From Bacteroidota bacterium (lineage in GTDB: Bacteria; Bacteroidota; Ignavibacteria; UBA10030; UBA8401): a stretch of 64,000 nt of DNA. This document shows, piece after piece, positions 47,301 to 55,833 of this stretch. The position numbers were made by a program, and so were the translations under genes. The notes below the pieces were generated by a model. It worked only from the letters and a program-made list of their open reading frames with translations. It was not told the origin of the DNA and did not search any database. Position 1 is the stretch's first letter, and each line of letters opens with the position of its first letter. Where the stretch lies: the NCBI GenBank assembly GCA_040751955.1, contig JBFMFY010000007.1, positions 23,949 through 87,948 of the forward strand, written 5' to 3'.

Positions 47301-48821
47301 GAAGAAGCGCTTCGCCGGAGCGAGGAAAAATACCGTTCGCTCTTTGAAGAATCGAAAGACGGCATTTACATCAGCACTTACTACGGAAAATTCATCGATG
47401 TCAATCCGGCAATGGTGGAACTGCTTGGATATGAGACAAAAGAAGAATTGCTTGCACTCGACATTAAAAAAGATGTGTACTACAATCCGTCGGACAGGGA
47501 AAAACTCAAAAAGGCATTTGCCAATAAATCATACGTAAAAGACCTCGAACTTTCGTTGCGCCGCAAGGACGGTTCTGAACTGAATGTGCTGTTGACATCG
47601 ACCGTTGAGCGGGGAACCGATGGCAATGCATTGTTCTATAGTGGAACGGTGCGGGACGTTACTGAACGGAAGCGCCTCGAAGAGCAATTGATGCAGGCGC
47701 AAAAGATGGAAAGCATCGGCACGCTGGCGGGAGGCATCGCGCACGACTTCAATAATCTGCTTGCCATGATCCTGGGAACAGCGGAGTTGATTCAACAGAA
47801 AGTTTCCGATAATCCGGCGATCAACACCTACATCAAAAGGATCATCGAAGCGTCGGAACGGGGTGCATCGATCTCGAGACAATTGCTGCTCTTCTCCCGC
47901 CCCGAACACTCGGAACTGCAGCCCCTGTCTGCTTCCGTCGTGATGGAACGCCTCCATGATTTTCTGTCGCACTTCCTGCCGAAGAACATCACCGTTAAAT
48001 GCGCTATCGAAGACAAATCTGCTGTTATCATGGGGGATGATGGCCACCTGCATCAGGCATTCGTCAACCTTGCTTTGAACGCCAAAGACGCAATGCCGAA
48101 CGGCGGGACCTTGACGCTCGCTCAATCCGTTGTCGAGAGCAGCATCGTCAGAAAAAAATTTCCCGGCGCAGACAACCATCAATATGTTGCGCTCAGTATT
48201 CACGATACAGGCATCGGTATTGAACAACATCTGATGCAGAGGATTTTTGAACCGTTCTTCTCGACGAAGGAACGGGGAAAGGGAACGGGGCTCGGTCTTG
48301 CGATCGTGCACGGTATCGTGCAACTCCATCACGGATATATTGATGTCGAAAGTGAAAAGGGAATCGGGACACAATTTACGATGTACTTTCCTTCTTTGGC
48401 GATTGAGATTCACGACAATTCACGGGAAAAAGAAATGACTACACAACACGGCACCGGTACTATACTGATTGTTGACGATGAAGAGATCCTTCGCGAGATT
48501 CTTGCAGAAACCTTACGCGATGAGGGGTACACCGTACTGCTCGCATCGGACGGGTACGATGCGTTGAAAGTCTTCCAGGAACACCAACAACAAATCTCCC
48601 TGGTGATAACCGATCTCGGCATGCCGAATATGGGAGGCGAGCAACTTTATGATAAACTCAAAGAATTGGATCCGCATATTAAAGTCCTCGTTTCCTCGGG
48701 ATATTTGGACACCTCCAGTAAATCCGATCTGCTGCGAAAAGGGATCAAGGATGTTCTGACAAAACCGTACAAGTTTGAAATCATTTTTGAGACTGTGCAA
48801 AGGGTGCTTTCGTACGATTGA
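44394..48821 (+). CDS. Hybrid sensor histidine kinase: REC, PAS, GAF, more PAS domains, HisKA, HATPase_c and a C-terminal REC (1475 aa).
   Basis: The N-terminal REC is 'VLIVEDEKIVALDL...IILMDIALKG'. Multiple 'DITERK' PAS/PAC ends are present. The H-box is 'HDFNNLLAMILG', the G-box is 'GTGLGLAIV', and the C-terminal REC is 'ILIVDDEEILREIL...ITDLGMPNMGG'. An ATGA overlap links it to the upstream kinase. Confidence 0.85.
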   Translation: MKKKKVLIVEDEKIVALDLRSIFLRAGYAVLPDISTAQRAIDVALKEHPDIILMDIALKGKTDGIEAAEKILQTADIPIIFITANSDPKTLDRAKTIDPYGYILKPFDERDVRTIVEMALYKHQTERELKEQQRWLNTTLRSIGDAVIATDKKGNVKFMNNIAETLTGWSEAEAIGKKLQDVFIVENEETGKRLPNPVAKVLRERKPLSVTNHTILISKEGIRTYIEDSAAPILAFDGSIIGVVLTFRDVNEKRLAQDALNVSEKRFRALIEKSTEGITVLDANGIIQYTTGASTPIVGHRIGELKGKNVFEFVHPDERENDLHLFAELLQLPGKAIHHEIRFKHKDGSWRWLEITATNLLHDPAVVGVVVNFRDITYRKEAEENLNHINQRLNLISRVTGEVIGWLPIQKQVREMAEQVQHAFQVDAVVVRIVDDGELHLLASIGVPDHQLSEKIPLYYGIADQIIKSRRAVAYKDVRENFATAMLQQKAAQEISKYDFISYAGAPLLIGHTVIGIIGLFTHTRTMEFTPMDLEHLQIVANHIAVAVANNRLFREVREQNIELTQHIEEQKKAEQLLRVSEERYRAFVEQSSEGIYRTAFMQPISVDLPIDEQVRLMFERSYIAECNAVMAKMYGFNSIQEAIGKRIRDMLVESDPHNIEYMRTFIRKGYKFFDEESHERDKDGAIKYFMNNGIGIIEDGMWLGVWGTQRDITERKLAENALRESEERYRALVEFSPNAIAVHVKGIVQFVNQAAIRLMGASHADELVGRNVIEFVHPDHRAKVVERIKKVYANEAAPPQEQLWLRKNGTTVEVEVVSIPFMFEGEPAAQVIARDITERKQAEGALRESELRLRSLFENAKDAVFIADTKTGIIIDANAEAEKLLKRPRTEIIGMHQTDIHPPDRIDEALSIFREHILTLGEHPIEFEVVNAEGERIPVEIKASIIRLDDNRIVAQGIFRDITERKATEEALRRSEEKYRSLFEESKDGIYISTYYGKFIDVNPAMVELLGYETKEELLALDIKKDVYYNPSDREKLKKAFANKSYVKDLELSLRRKDGSELNVLLTSTVERGTDGNALFYSGTVRDVTERKRLEEQLMQAQKMESIGTLAGGIAHDFNNLLAMILGTAELIQQKVSDNPAINTYIKRIIEASERGASISRQLLLFSRPEHSELQPLSASVVMERLHDFLSHFLPKNITVKCAIEDKSAVIMGDDGHLHQAFVNLALNAKDAMPNGGTLTLAQSVVESSIVRKKFPGADNHQYVALSIHDTGIGIEQHLMQRIFEPFFSTKERGKGTGLGLAIVHGIVQLHHGYIDVESEKGIGTQFTMYFPSLAIEIHDNSREKEMTTQHGTGTILIVDDEEILREILAETLRDEGYTVLLASDGYDALKVFQEHQQQISLVITDLGMPNMGGEQLYDKLKELDPHIKVLVSSGYLDTSSKSDLLRKGIKDVLTKPYKFEIIFETVQRVLSYD

Positions 48822-48824
48822 ACT

Positions 48825-49736
48825 ATGAAAGTTGTCATTTCCGGCGGGACAGGATTCATTGGCACATATCTTCTCCGGTCGTTGGTAAAAGAACCGCACG
48901 AGATTGTCTTGCTCACCCGCTTGCTGTCACGTTCTGAAAAAACCGATGCTGCGGTTGTTCGGTACGTGCAGTGGAAACCGTACCTCGCTGGCAAATGGAT
49001 GGATGAGATCAACGGTGCCGATGTCGTTATCAATCTTGTCGGCAAGAATGTTGTTGAACAGAGATGGAATGAAAAAGCAAAGCAGGAAATATACGACAGC
49101 CGCATCATCCCCACAAAGTTAATCGTCGATGCAATCGGCAGCGCCCGATCAAAGCCATCGCTTCTTATTTCCGCTTCCGCCGTGGGATACTATGGCAACA
49201 GGGAAAATGAAATAATCACCGAAGAAAGTTCCGGCGGCAATGATTTTCTGGCGTACGTTGTGCGCGAATGGGAAGGTGCAGCATATCGTGCTGAACAATA
49301 CGGAGTCCGCGTCGCAACTCCCAGAACAGGATTGGTACTTGCAAAAAATGGCGGGATGATTGCAAAAATGCTGCTTCCGTTCCGACTCTTCATTGGCGGA
49401 CCGATCGGGAACGGAAAACAGTATCTTCCATGGATTCATATTGATGACGTTGTGCGCGGAATGCTGTTTCCGATTGAGAACAAAAATTTCCGCGGCGTGT
49501 ATAATCTCGCTGCTCCCAATCCTGTTACAATGAAGGAATTTGCGAAGGCGTTTGGAAGTGTGCTTCATCGTCCGTCGTGGATACCGGTGCCGTCATTTGT
49601 ATTGAGAACGATGTTTGGAGACGGAGGGAAAGTGATTCTTTCGGGACAGAGAGCGCTGCCGAACAAGTTGCTTTCCGAAGGATTTATTTTTTCTCATACA
49701 GAAGTACATGATGCGTTGAAACAGATTTTGATGTAG
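48825..49736 (+). CDS. TIGR01777/YfcH-family NAD-dependent epimerase (DUF1731 C-terminus).
   Basis: 'MKVVISGGTGFIGTYLLRSL' is present and the length matches at 303 aa. Confidence 0.7.
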   Translation: MKVVISGGTGFIGTYLLRSLVKEPHEIVLLTRLLSRSEKTDAAVVRYVQWKPYLAGKWMDEINGADVVINLVGKNVVEQRWNEKAKQEIYDSRIIPTKLIVDAIGSARSKPSLLISASAVGYYGNRENEIITEESSGGNDFLAYVVREWEGAAYRAEQYGVRVATPRTGLVLAKNGGMIAKMLLPFRLFIGGPIGNGKQYLPWIHIDDVVRGMLFPIENKNFRGVYNLAAPNPVTMKEFAKAFGSVLHRPSWIPVPSFVLRTMFGDGGKVILSGQRALPNKLLSEGFIFSHTEVHDALKQILM

Positions 49737-49784
49737 AACCGATCGCCGGCTTTTGGTATTTTTGAAACAGATGATAGGATTAGT

Positions 49785-50177
49785 TTGAGGGAAAGGAGAG
49801 TGTGCGTTGTGTTTAAAATCTCAAATATTCTGCTAATTTTCTTTCTGTTCCTTTTCATTCCTGGCTGCTCTGCTTCTCGAAAAACGGAATCAAATCTCAA
49901 TCTCGTCGAAATGCGCTGGGTGAAACATGAGGGGAGTGCGAGTGCGCAATCAATTATCCTCACATTGGAAAATGCCGACACCGTCCGAGTGACGATCAAG
50001 AACAGCAGCGGCGATCCTGTTGCACAAGAGTATGTTACGGTGCTCAACTTCGGCGCGTATCGTCTTGAAAGCACGTTTGCTCCGCTCGTACCCGGCGCAT
50101 ACTTTGTTGATGTACGAACAAGCAATGATAATTTTGTTCGGTATATATCAGTAACGGATCTCAGGCAAAATCCCTAA
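49785..50177 (+). CDS. Hypothetical small lipoprotein.
   Basis: A lipobox ('FIPGCSAS') follows a hydrophobic leader. No domain was recognised. The start is uncertain. Confidence 0.35.
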   Translation: MRERRVCVVFKISNILLIFFLFLFIPGCSASRKTESNLNLVEMRWVKHEGSASAQSIILTLENADTVRVTIKNSSGDPVAQEYVTVLNFGAYRLESTFAPLVPGAYFVDVRTSNDNFVRYISVTDLRQNP

Positions 50178-50378
50178 AAACTAAAATTAAAAACTCCCCA
50201 AGTATCTGAAAGCAGACCTCGATGTTTCAATAGTGAATGCACATGGAAAAGGGTACAAATTGCTGATTGACCGCTAACACACTCATTTTCATACTTCTTT
50301 AACATTCTCCCATTAATTCTGTCTAATCTGCGTCAAAATACTTTTGAGTTGCAAGATTTTTCACGAAATTGAGTCAGA

Positions 50379-51353
50379 ATGAGAACACGTTTTCTTTTTT
50401 TCATATCTATCGTATTGATTGCAGGTTGTGTTGACGATGCACCGCGGGATAACCCGCTTGACCCGGATTCTCCGGCTTATGTCAGGTCGGGAAGCGTTAC
50501 AGGAGTGATCAAAATCGCAAATCAATCGACCGCCATTGCCGGTGCAACGATTACCGATCTTGCCGAAAATATTTTCGTTAAGTCCGATACGCTCGGATAT
50601 TTTGTGTTCAATCACCTTCCGTCCGGCACGCATACGTTTGTCTGCACAAAAGAGAATTTCACGAACGATACGTTTCAAGTCGAGATCCGGGACCGCGCAT
50701 CGACGCATGTTGTCCGCTCACTCAACGGCGCGCCGGTTGTCCTCTCACAAAATATTCTCACCCGGAAGATCGATTACGTCTCATTCAGTCCGAAATATTT
50801 TGTTGACATAGTTGCGGAAGTCAACGACCCGAACAGTTTTCTTGACCTTGATTCAGTTTGGTTCAGTGTTGTCGATACAATCTTTTTTCCTCTTAAACCC
50901 GTTGCGGGAACAAATACGTTCATTACAACGATCTACAAGAATGAACTTCCCACGAATACAATCCAGTGGCTTGTCAAGAAGCAGCTTCACATAGTATCAA
51001 GAGATCGACAATTTGCCGTCAGCATCAGCGATCCGTTTTTTGTCTCGCGGATTATTGAGAATACGTCAACTCCAATCTTTCCTTCACAAAATACACTGAA
51101 TACAGATTCAATTTATTTTCGATGGAGTCCCCCGGATATTACATTTAATTACACAAGTACCGTGACCGTGTATGAGGCTGGGACTGAAAATGTCGTGGTG
51201 TCGTACTCGGGCGTAAATTCATTTTATGAAAGGTATCCCACGGATGGATCTTTTCTTCATCTGGAGCCGAGTAACTATTTTTGGACAATATCTCTTGTCG
51301 ATGATTTCGGAAATTATTCCAGGTCGAAAGAATCATACTTCACGGTGAAATGA
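50379..51353 (+). CDS. Hypothetical lipoprotein with carboxypeptidase-regulatory / Ig-like beta-sandwich repeats.
   Basis: The leader 'MRTRFLFFISIVLIAGCVDD' contains a lipobox. Confidence 0.45.
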   Translation: MRTRFLFFISIVLIAGCVDDAPRDNPLDPDSPAYVRSGSVTGVIKIANQSTAIAGATITDLAENIFVKSDTLGYFVFNHLPSGTHTFVCTKENFTNDTFQVEIRDRASTHVVRSLNGAPVVLSQNILTRKIDYVSFSPKYFVDIVAEVNDPNSFLDLDSVWFSVVDTIFFPLKPVAGTNTFITTIYKNELPTNTIQWLVKKQLHIVSRDRQFAVSISDPFFVSRIIENTSTPIFPSQNTLNTDSIYFRWSPPDITFNYTSTVTVYEAGTENVVVSYSGVNSFYERYPTDGSFLHLEPSNYFWTISLVDDFGNYSRSKESYFTVK

Positions 51354-52825
51354 TGGAACAGAAAGACAACTTCAACGCACTGTACGATATTACAAAAACG
51401 ATCAATTCCATCCTCGATCCGAATGATCTGTTGGAAAAAGTATTGGAGATCGCAATGACACATCTTTCCGCCGAGCGGGGATTCGTGATGCTCTCCGACC
51501 AGAATGCGGAACTCGGATACACTGTCGTTGCATTTAAGAATTTCACCTCTAAAAAAGCAGGGAATGAGTTCGCCGGTTCATCGTCTGTCGTAAAAACCGT
51601 GCTCGATTCGGGCGAGCCGGTGCTGACCTTCGACGCAATGAGCGACGAACGGTTCGAGTCGTCGGTCAGCATCATGGCGCAAAAGATCCTTTCTATTATT
51701 TGCATTCCGTTGCGCGCCGGAGAACGGATCACAGGTGCCGTCTATCTCGACAGCAGTAAATCGCGCAAAGCATTCACGGACGACGCACTGAAATTCCTGA
51801 CGATCTTCGGGAATCTTGCCGCCATCGCTATCGAGAATGCACAGCAATACTCGCTGCTGCAGGCTGAAAATGTGCGCCTGAAAAACGAAGTCGATGTCAA
51901 CCATTTGTTCGGGAACATGATCGGCACCAGCGAAAAATGGATGAAGGCATTGGAGATCGCTCACCGCGTGCTTGATGTTGATGCTGCCGTGTTAATCACG
52001 GGCGAAAGCGGGACGGGAAAAGAACTCGTTGCGCGGGCGATCCATGACAACGGCACTCGAAAAGGAAAACCATTCGTTGCTGTGAATGCATCGGCATTGC
52101 CGGAAAATCTTATGGAAAGCGAACTCTTCGGATATATGAAGGGCTCGTTCACAGGCGCAAATAGCGATAAAAAAGGGTTGATAGAGGTTGCCAATGGCGG
52201 CACGTTGTTTCTTGATGAGATCGGGGATCTGCCGCTGAATCTGCAGGCAAAAATTCTGCGCTTGCTGCAGGAAAAGGAGTATAGGAGAGTCGGTGACACG
52301 AAAAATAAAGTTGCAGATATTCGCATCATTGCAGCGACTAATAAAAATCTCGAAGCCGAAGTGAAAGCGGGAAAGTTCAGGGATGATCTTTATTTCCGGC
52401 TGAACGTAATTGATATCCATTTACCGCCGCTGCGTGAACGGAGGGATGATATCCCATTACTTGCAAAACATTTTCTGAAGAAGGCAGCGGAAAGCCACAA
52501 ACGCTCTGTTGATAGCATCCATCCCGATGCAATGCAGATACTGCTTGCCAACCAGTGGAAAGGAAATGTGCGTGAGTTTCAGAATGTCATCGAGCGTGCG
52601 GTCGTGCTCTGCCGCGGCAATCAATTGACCAAAGAGGATTTTGTATTCAATGCCGGAGATTCCTCTGCGCTGCAAAAGAATTCCATGACTCTTGCCGATT
52701 TTGAACGGCAGATCATTGAAGCGACATTGAAGGAGATGGATGGAAACCGCACGCGTACAGCGGAAAGGCTTGGTGTGTCGCTGCGGTGGCTGCAATACCG
52801 GTTAAAGGAATGGGGAAGCGAGTAA
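51350..52825 (+). CDS. Sigma-54-dependent transcriptional activator (GAF, AAA+ sigma54-interaction domain, Fis-type HTH).
   Basis: The N-terminal domain is GAF. The AAA+ domain carries Walker A 'GESGTGKE', the 'GAFTGA'-equivalent 'GSFTGA', 'LFLDEIGD' and 'RLNV'. The C-terminal HTH is 'RTAERLGVSLRWLQYRLK'. Confidence 0.9.
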   Translation: MMEQKDNFNALYDITKTINSILDPNDLLEKVLEIAMTHLSAERGFVMLSDQNAELGYTVVAFKNFTSKKAGNEFAGSSSVVKTVLDSGEPVLTFDAMSDERFESSVSIMAQKILSIICIPLRAGERITGAVYLDSSKSRKAFTDDALKFLTIFGNLAAIAIENAQQYSLLQAENVRLKNEVDVNHLFGNMIGTSEKWMKALEIAHRVLDVDAAVLITGESGTGKELVARAIHDNGTRKGKPFVAVNASALPENLMESELFGYMKGSFTGANSDKKGLIEVANGGTLFLDEIGDLPLNLQAKILRLLQEKEYRRVGDTKNKVADIRIIAATNKNLEAEVKAGKFRDDLYFRLNVIDIHLPPLRERRDDIPLLAKHFLKKAAESHKRSVDSIHPDAMQILLANQWKGNVREFQNVIERAVVLCRGNQLTKEDFVFNAGDSSALQKNSMTLADFERQIIEATLKEMDGNRTRTAERLGVSLRWLQYRLKEWGSE

Positions 52826-52832
52826 AACGTAT

Positions 52833-53268
52833 CACACAAAGGCACAAAGGACTATGTCTGAAAATGAGATTGCAAAGATCGCCGTTGATGTTGCCTATCA
52901 CTTGCATTCCGATTTGGGTCCCGGATTACTAGAATCTGTCTATCAAGAGTTACACGTTGATAAATTGAGAGGTCGTGGTTTAACTGTGGAAACAGAAGTT
53001 GACCTTCCTATCGTCTATGATGGTAAAAGATACAAATCCACTTTTCGTATTGATATTTTAATTGAGAAAAAAATTGTTATTGAATTAAAGTCGGTGGAGA
53101 ATCTTTTACCTGTTCACAAAAAACAATTGCTCACCTATTTAAAATTAAGTAATCTTCGGTTGGGTTTGCTCATTAATTTTGGCTCGCCGTATTTTAAAAG
53201 CGGAATTGAGCGCATTATAAACGCTACGTTGGAGTGACATTTTATTTTTTCCTTTGTGTCTTTGTGTG
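52833..53268 (+). mobile_element. Cassette carrying a GxxExxY (PD-(D/E)xK-fold) gene, bracketed by 18-bp inverted repeats.
   Basis: The left arm, CACACAAAGGCACAAAGG at 52833-52850, sits directly after the activator stop. The right arm, CCTTTGTGTCTTTGTGTG at 53251-53268, is its reverse complement with 17 of 18 matches. It sits directly before the kinase gene. Confidence 0.55.
52854..53237 (+). CDS. GxxExxY family protein (PDDEXK_3 nuclease-fold).
   Basis: The family-defining motif 'GPGLLESVYQ' is present. The 127-aa length is typical. Confidence 0.75.
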   Translation: MSENEIAKIAVDVAYHLHSDLGPGLLESVYQELHVDKLRGRGLTVETEVDLPIVYDGKRYKSTFRIDILIEKKIVIELKSVENLLPVHKKQLLTYLKLSNLRLGLLINFGSPYFKSGIERIINATLE

Positions 53269-53273
53269 AGATA

Positions 53274-54794
53274 ATGAACAGCGAACAATTGAGAATAGAG
53301 CAGAAGATCAGCGAGAGTGGTACGACGACAGTGTATCGTGCCTTCGACGTCGCACTTCATCGTCCCGTGCTGCTGAAAGTGCTGCACAAACATCTGGCAC
53401 ACGATGAAGATGTCCGTGCCCGATTTATTCGTGAAGCACGTGCGTGTGCAGCACTTCGGAGCGAGCACATCGTGCAGGTGTACGATTTGACCGACGTGGA
53501 GCAATCTCCCGCCATCGTGATGGAGTTTGTCGAGGGAAGTTCGCTGAAGGATCTCATTGCAAGCGGCGAAGGGAAAGGATTTGACGCTGCACGGAAAACC
53601 GCCCTCCATGTTCTGCGCGCACTCGCAACGGCGCATGAGAAAAAAATTATCCATCGGGATATTAAGCCGGGCAATATTCTGGTGAGTGTGGATGGGACAA
53701 TGAAAGTAACAGACTTCGGGCTTGCATCGTTCGCGCTTTCACCGACGGTGACGATGGAAGGAATGGTGCTCGGTACACCGGCGTATATGGCTCCCGAGCA
53801 AGTGCGCGGCGACGATGTTGACGAACGGACCGATCTTTTTGCGCTCGGCGCAACATTGGTGGAAGTATTGAGCGGCGAAAGGATCTTTGAAGGTTCAACC
53901 TACACTGAATGCATGAAAAAAGTCCTTGCATTCAAGGAACCGGAGTTGGAAAAATACATTCCGCATTCTTCTCAGGAATTTGTTCAGTTCCTCAAGGGAC
54001 TGATGCATCCCGACAAGAACAAGCGGCTTGAGTCAGCGAAAGAGGCGTTGTCGGCGTTCGGCGAAAAGAAATCGAGCGTCTTTCTCCGTCCGGATGCAGT
54101 GCAATTATCGAAACGGAGAGCATTCATACCGGTTCTCGGCGGTGCCGGTGTCATTCTGCTCTTTATCCTTTTTGGATGGATGAAACTCTCACAACAACCG
54201 TCAGGAAAAGAACAACGGTCGAACTCTAATATATCCGGTTCGATCCAGTCTGAAGACACAGTGCAGAAGTTGGAGCAATCGCACAACGCAGTGCTCCAAT
54301 CGCCGGTGCTTCAAACATTCAATTCGCGCGATACCGGATCAAAGGAAGTACCGTTGCGCAATGTTGCAAAAGATTCGGGAAAAGTATTTCTTGCAAGTAC
54401 GCCGTGGGCAAAAGTGTACATTGATAATCGTCTGATCGGCGAAACACCGATTGCTACGCCGTTCATTCTTGCTGCCGGTCAGCATACCGTGATGTTCATG
54501 AATCCATCGTTCGAACCGATCATGAAGACGATCACCGTCGAACCGGGGAAAGAGATGACCGTGACCGGAAATTTTTTTGAACACGTCGGTTATGTTATGT
54601 GCACCGTCATTCCGTGGGCTGATGTGTATATTGATGAACAAAAGAAAGACACAACCCCGCTGGAAAAACCGATCATGATAGCAGCAGGAAAACATTCCGT
54701 TCGGTTCAAAAATCCGGCATTCATCGACATAGTTAGAGAGATCACCGTTGCACCGAAAGAGACACTGCAGATTACAATTTCATTTATCGAATGA
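53274..54794 (+). CDS. Serine/threonine protein kinase with C-terminal TM segment and PEGA-like extracytoplasmic domains.
   Basis: The catalytic loop is 'HRDIKPGNILV'. 'DFG' and 'APE' are present. 'TPWAKVYIDNRLIGETP' and 'IPWADVYIDEQKKDTTPL' are PEGA-like repeats. Confidence 0.85.
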   Translation: MNSEQLRIEQKISESGTTTVYRAFDVALHRPVLLKVLHKHLAHDEDVRARFIREARACAALRSEHIVQVYDLTDVEQSPAIVMEFVEGSSLKDLIASGEGKGFDAARKTALHVLRALATAHEKKIIHRDIKPGNILVSVDGTMKVTDFGLASFALSPTVTMEGMVLGTPAYMAPEQVRGDDVDERTDLFALGATLVEVLSGERIFEGSTYTECMKKVLAFKEPELEKYIPHSSQEFVQFLKGLMHPDKNKRLESAKEALSAFGEKKSSVFLRPDAVQLSKRRAFIPVLGGAGVILLFILFGWMKLSQQPSGKEQRSNSNISGSIQSEDTVQKLEQSHNAVLQSPVLQTFNSRDTGSKEVPLRNVAKDSGKVFLASTPWAKVYIDNRLIGETPIATPFILAAGQHTVMFMNPSFEPIMKTITVEPGKEMTVTGNFFEHVGYVMCTVIPWADVYIDEQKKDTTPLEKPIMIAAGKHSVRFKNPAFIDIVREITVAPKETLQITISFIE

Positions 54795-55573
54795 CCATCT
54801 TCGTGAAAATATTATTTCTCGTCCCTCTCTTTTTCCTCTCACTTTTCTCTCAGGAGCTGTTATCAATTGATTCTACGCTCCATCAGATAGAATCTCTCTA
54901 TAACAATGCGCGGTACATTGATGCAGAACTTGAAGCCAGGAGATTATCTGAAGAAGTAATCATTTCGGATTCGGTGAAGGTGCAGGTTGAAAAATGGATC
55001 GCCTTTTCGCTTATTGCGCAGGGAAGAACTATTCCTGCGCGTGAGCGGTTCGTTTCTCTTCTCTCGATCAATCCGGATTTTGAGCTCGATCCGGTTCTTA
55101 CGTCGCCGAAGATCTTATCTGTATTCAACGACGCTAAAGTGAAATATCGTTCGAATAAGAAATTCCAATCCGACTCTTTAAAAGACGAAAGGGAGCGTAT
55201 TGTGCAAACAATTACATACCGCACAGCGCTTTTTCCGGGATGGGAACAACTTCATCAAGGGAGGATGACCAGCGGTTCACTTTTTTTTGGCGCCGGTATC
55301 GCAACACTTGGAGCGGGAATCACATTTGAGATACTTCGCGCGAATGCAAGGGAGGAATATTTAAAAGCAACCATTCCTTCTGATATCGCTGCAAAATACA
55401 ATTCGTACAATTCGTACCGCAAATCGGAAATTTATTCATTCATCGGTTTTGCCATTGTCTATTTCTCTTCGGAGATAGATGTGTTTACAAACAATGATTC
55501 ACAATCACTGTCTATAATGCCGTCAAACGATCCTTTGTTGGGGCAGTCAATCACACTTTCCGTCAAATTCTGA
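54791..55573 (+). CDS. Hypothetical membrane-anchored protein.
   Basis: An N-terminal hydrophobic leader is present. The ORF overlaps the kinase stop by 4 nt. No domain was recognised. Confidence 0.4.
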   Translation: MTIFVKILFLVPLFFLSLFSQELLSIDSTLHQIESLYNNARYIDAELEARRLSEEVIISDSVKVQVEKWIAFSLIAQGRTIPARERFVSLLSINPDFELDPVLTSPKILSVFNDAKVKYRSNKKFQSDSLKDERERIVQTITYRTALFPGWEQLHQGRMTSGSLFFGAGIATLGAGITFEILRANAREEYLKATIPSDIAAKYNSYNSYRKSEIYSFIGFAIVYFSSEIDVFTNNDSQSLSIMPSNDPLLGQSITLSVKF

Positions 55574-55661
55574 CATGCATAGGCTGCATTCAGCCCCGCA
55601 GGTTTTGCGTAGTACTTGTAGTAAAATCCTTAAAACCACGAAGATTTTTCTGGTTTTTCAA

Positions 55662-55677
55662 TGGCACACGGATTGCG
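55662..55677 (+). promoter_or_regulatory. Candidate sigma-54 (RpoN) promoter TGGCAC-N5-TTGC, about 155 nt upstream of the T9SS cargo gene.
   Basis: The sequence is atGGCACacggaTTGCgg. The GG and GC dinucleotides have exact -24/-12 spacing. Confidence 0.5.
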
Positions 55678-55833
55678 GTTCAATGCAGCGTCGTTCTATC
55701 ATTCTTCAACGTTTCACTCAAACCGGGCTGTATGCTTCCCCCTTTTGCATGCAGTCCGGAGTATATCAACCGCCGCAATGGCGATGTGAGATTTTCAAAA
55801 GTACATCATAACATTCTCTTGGGAGGATTCACT

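Noticed and set aside
47529-48413. 294-aa minus-strand ORF inside the hybrid kinase gene
   Set aside because: It is antisense to the HisKA/HATPase coding region and has no recognisable domain.
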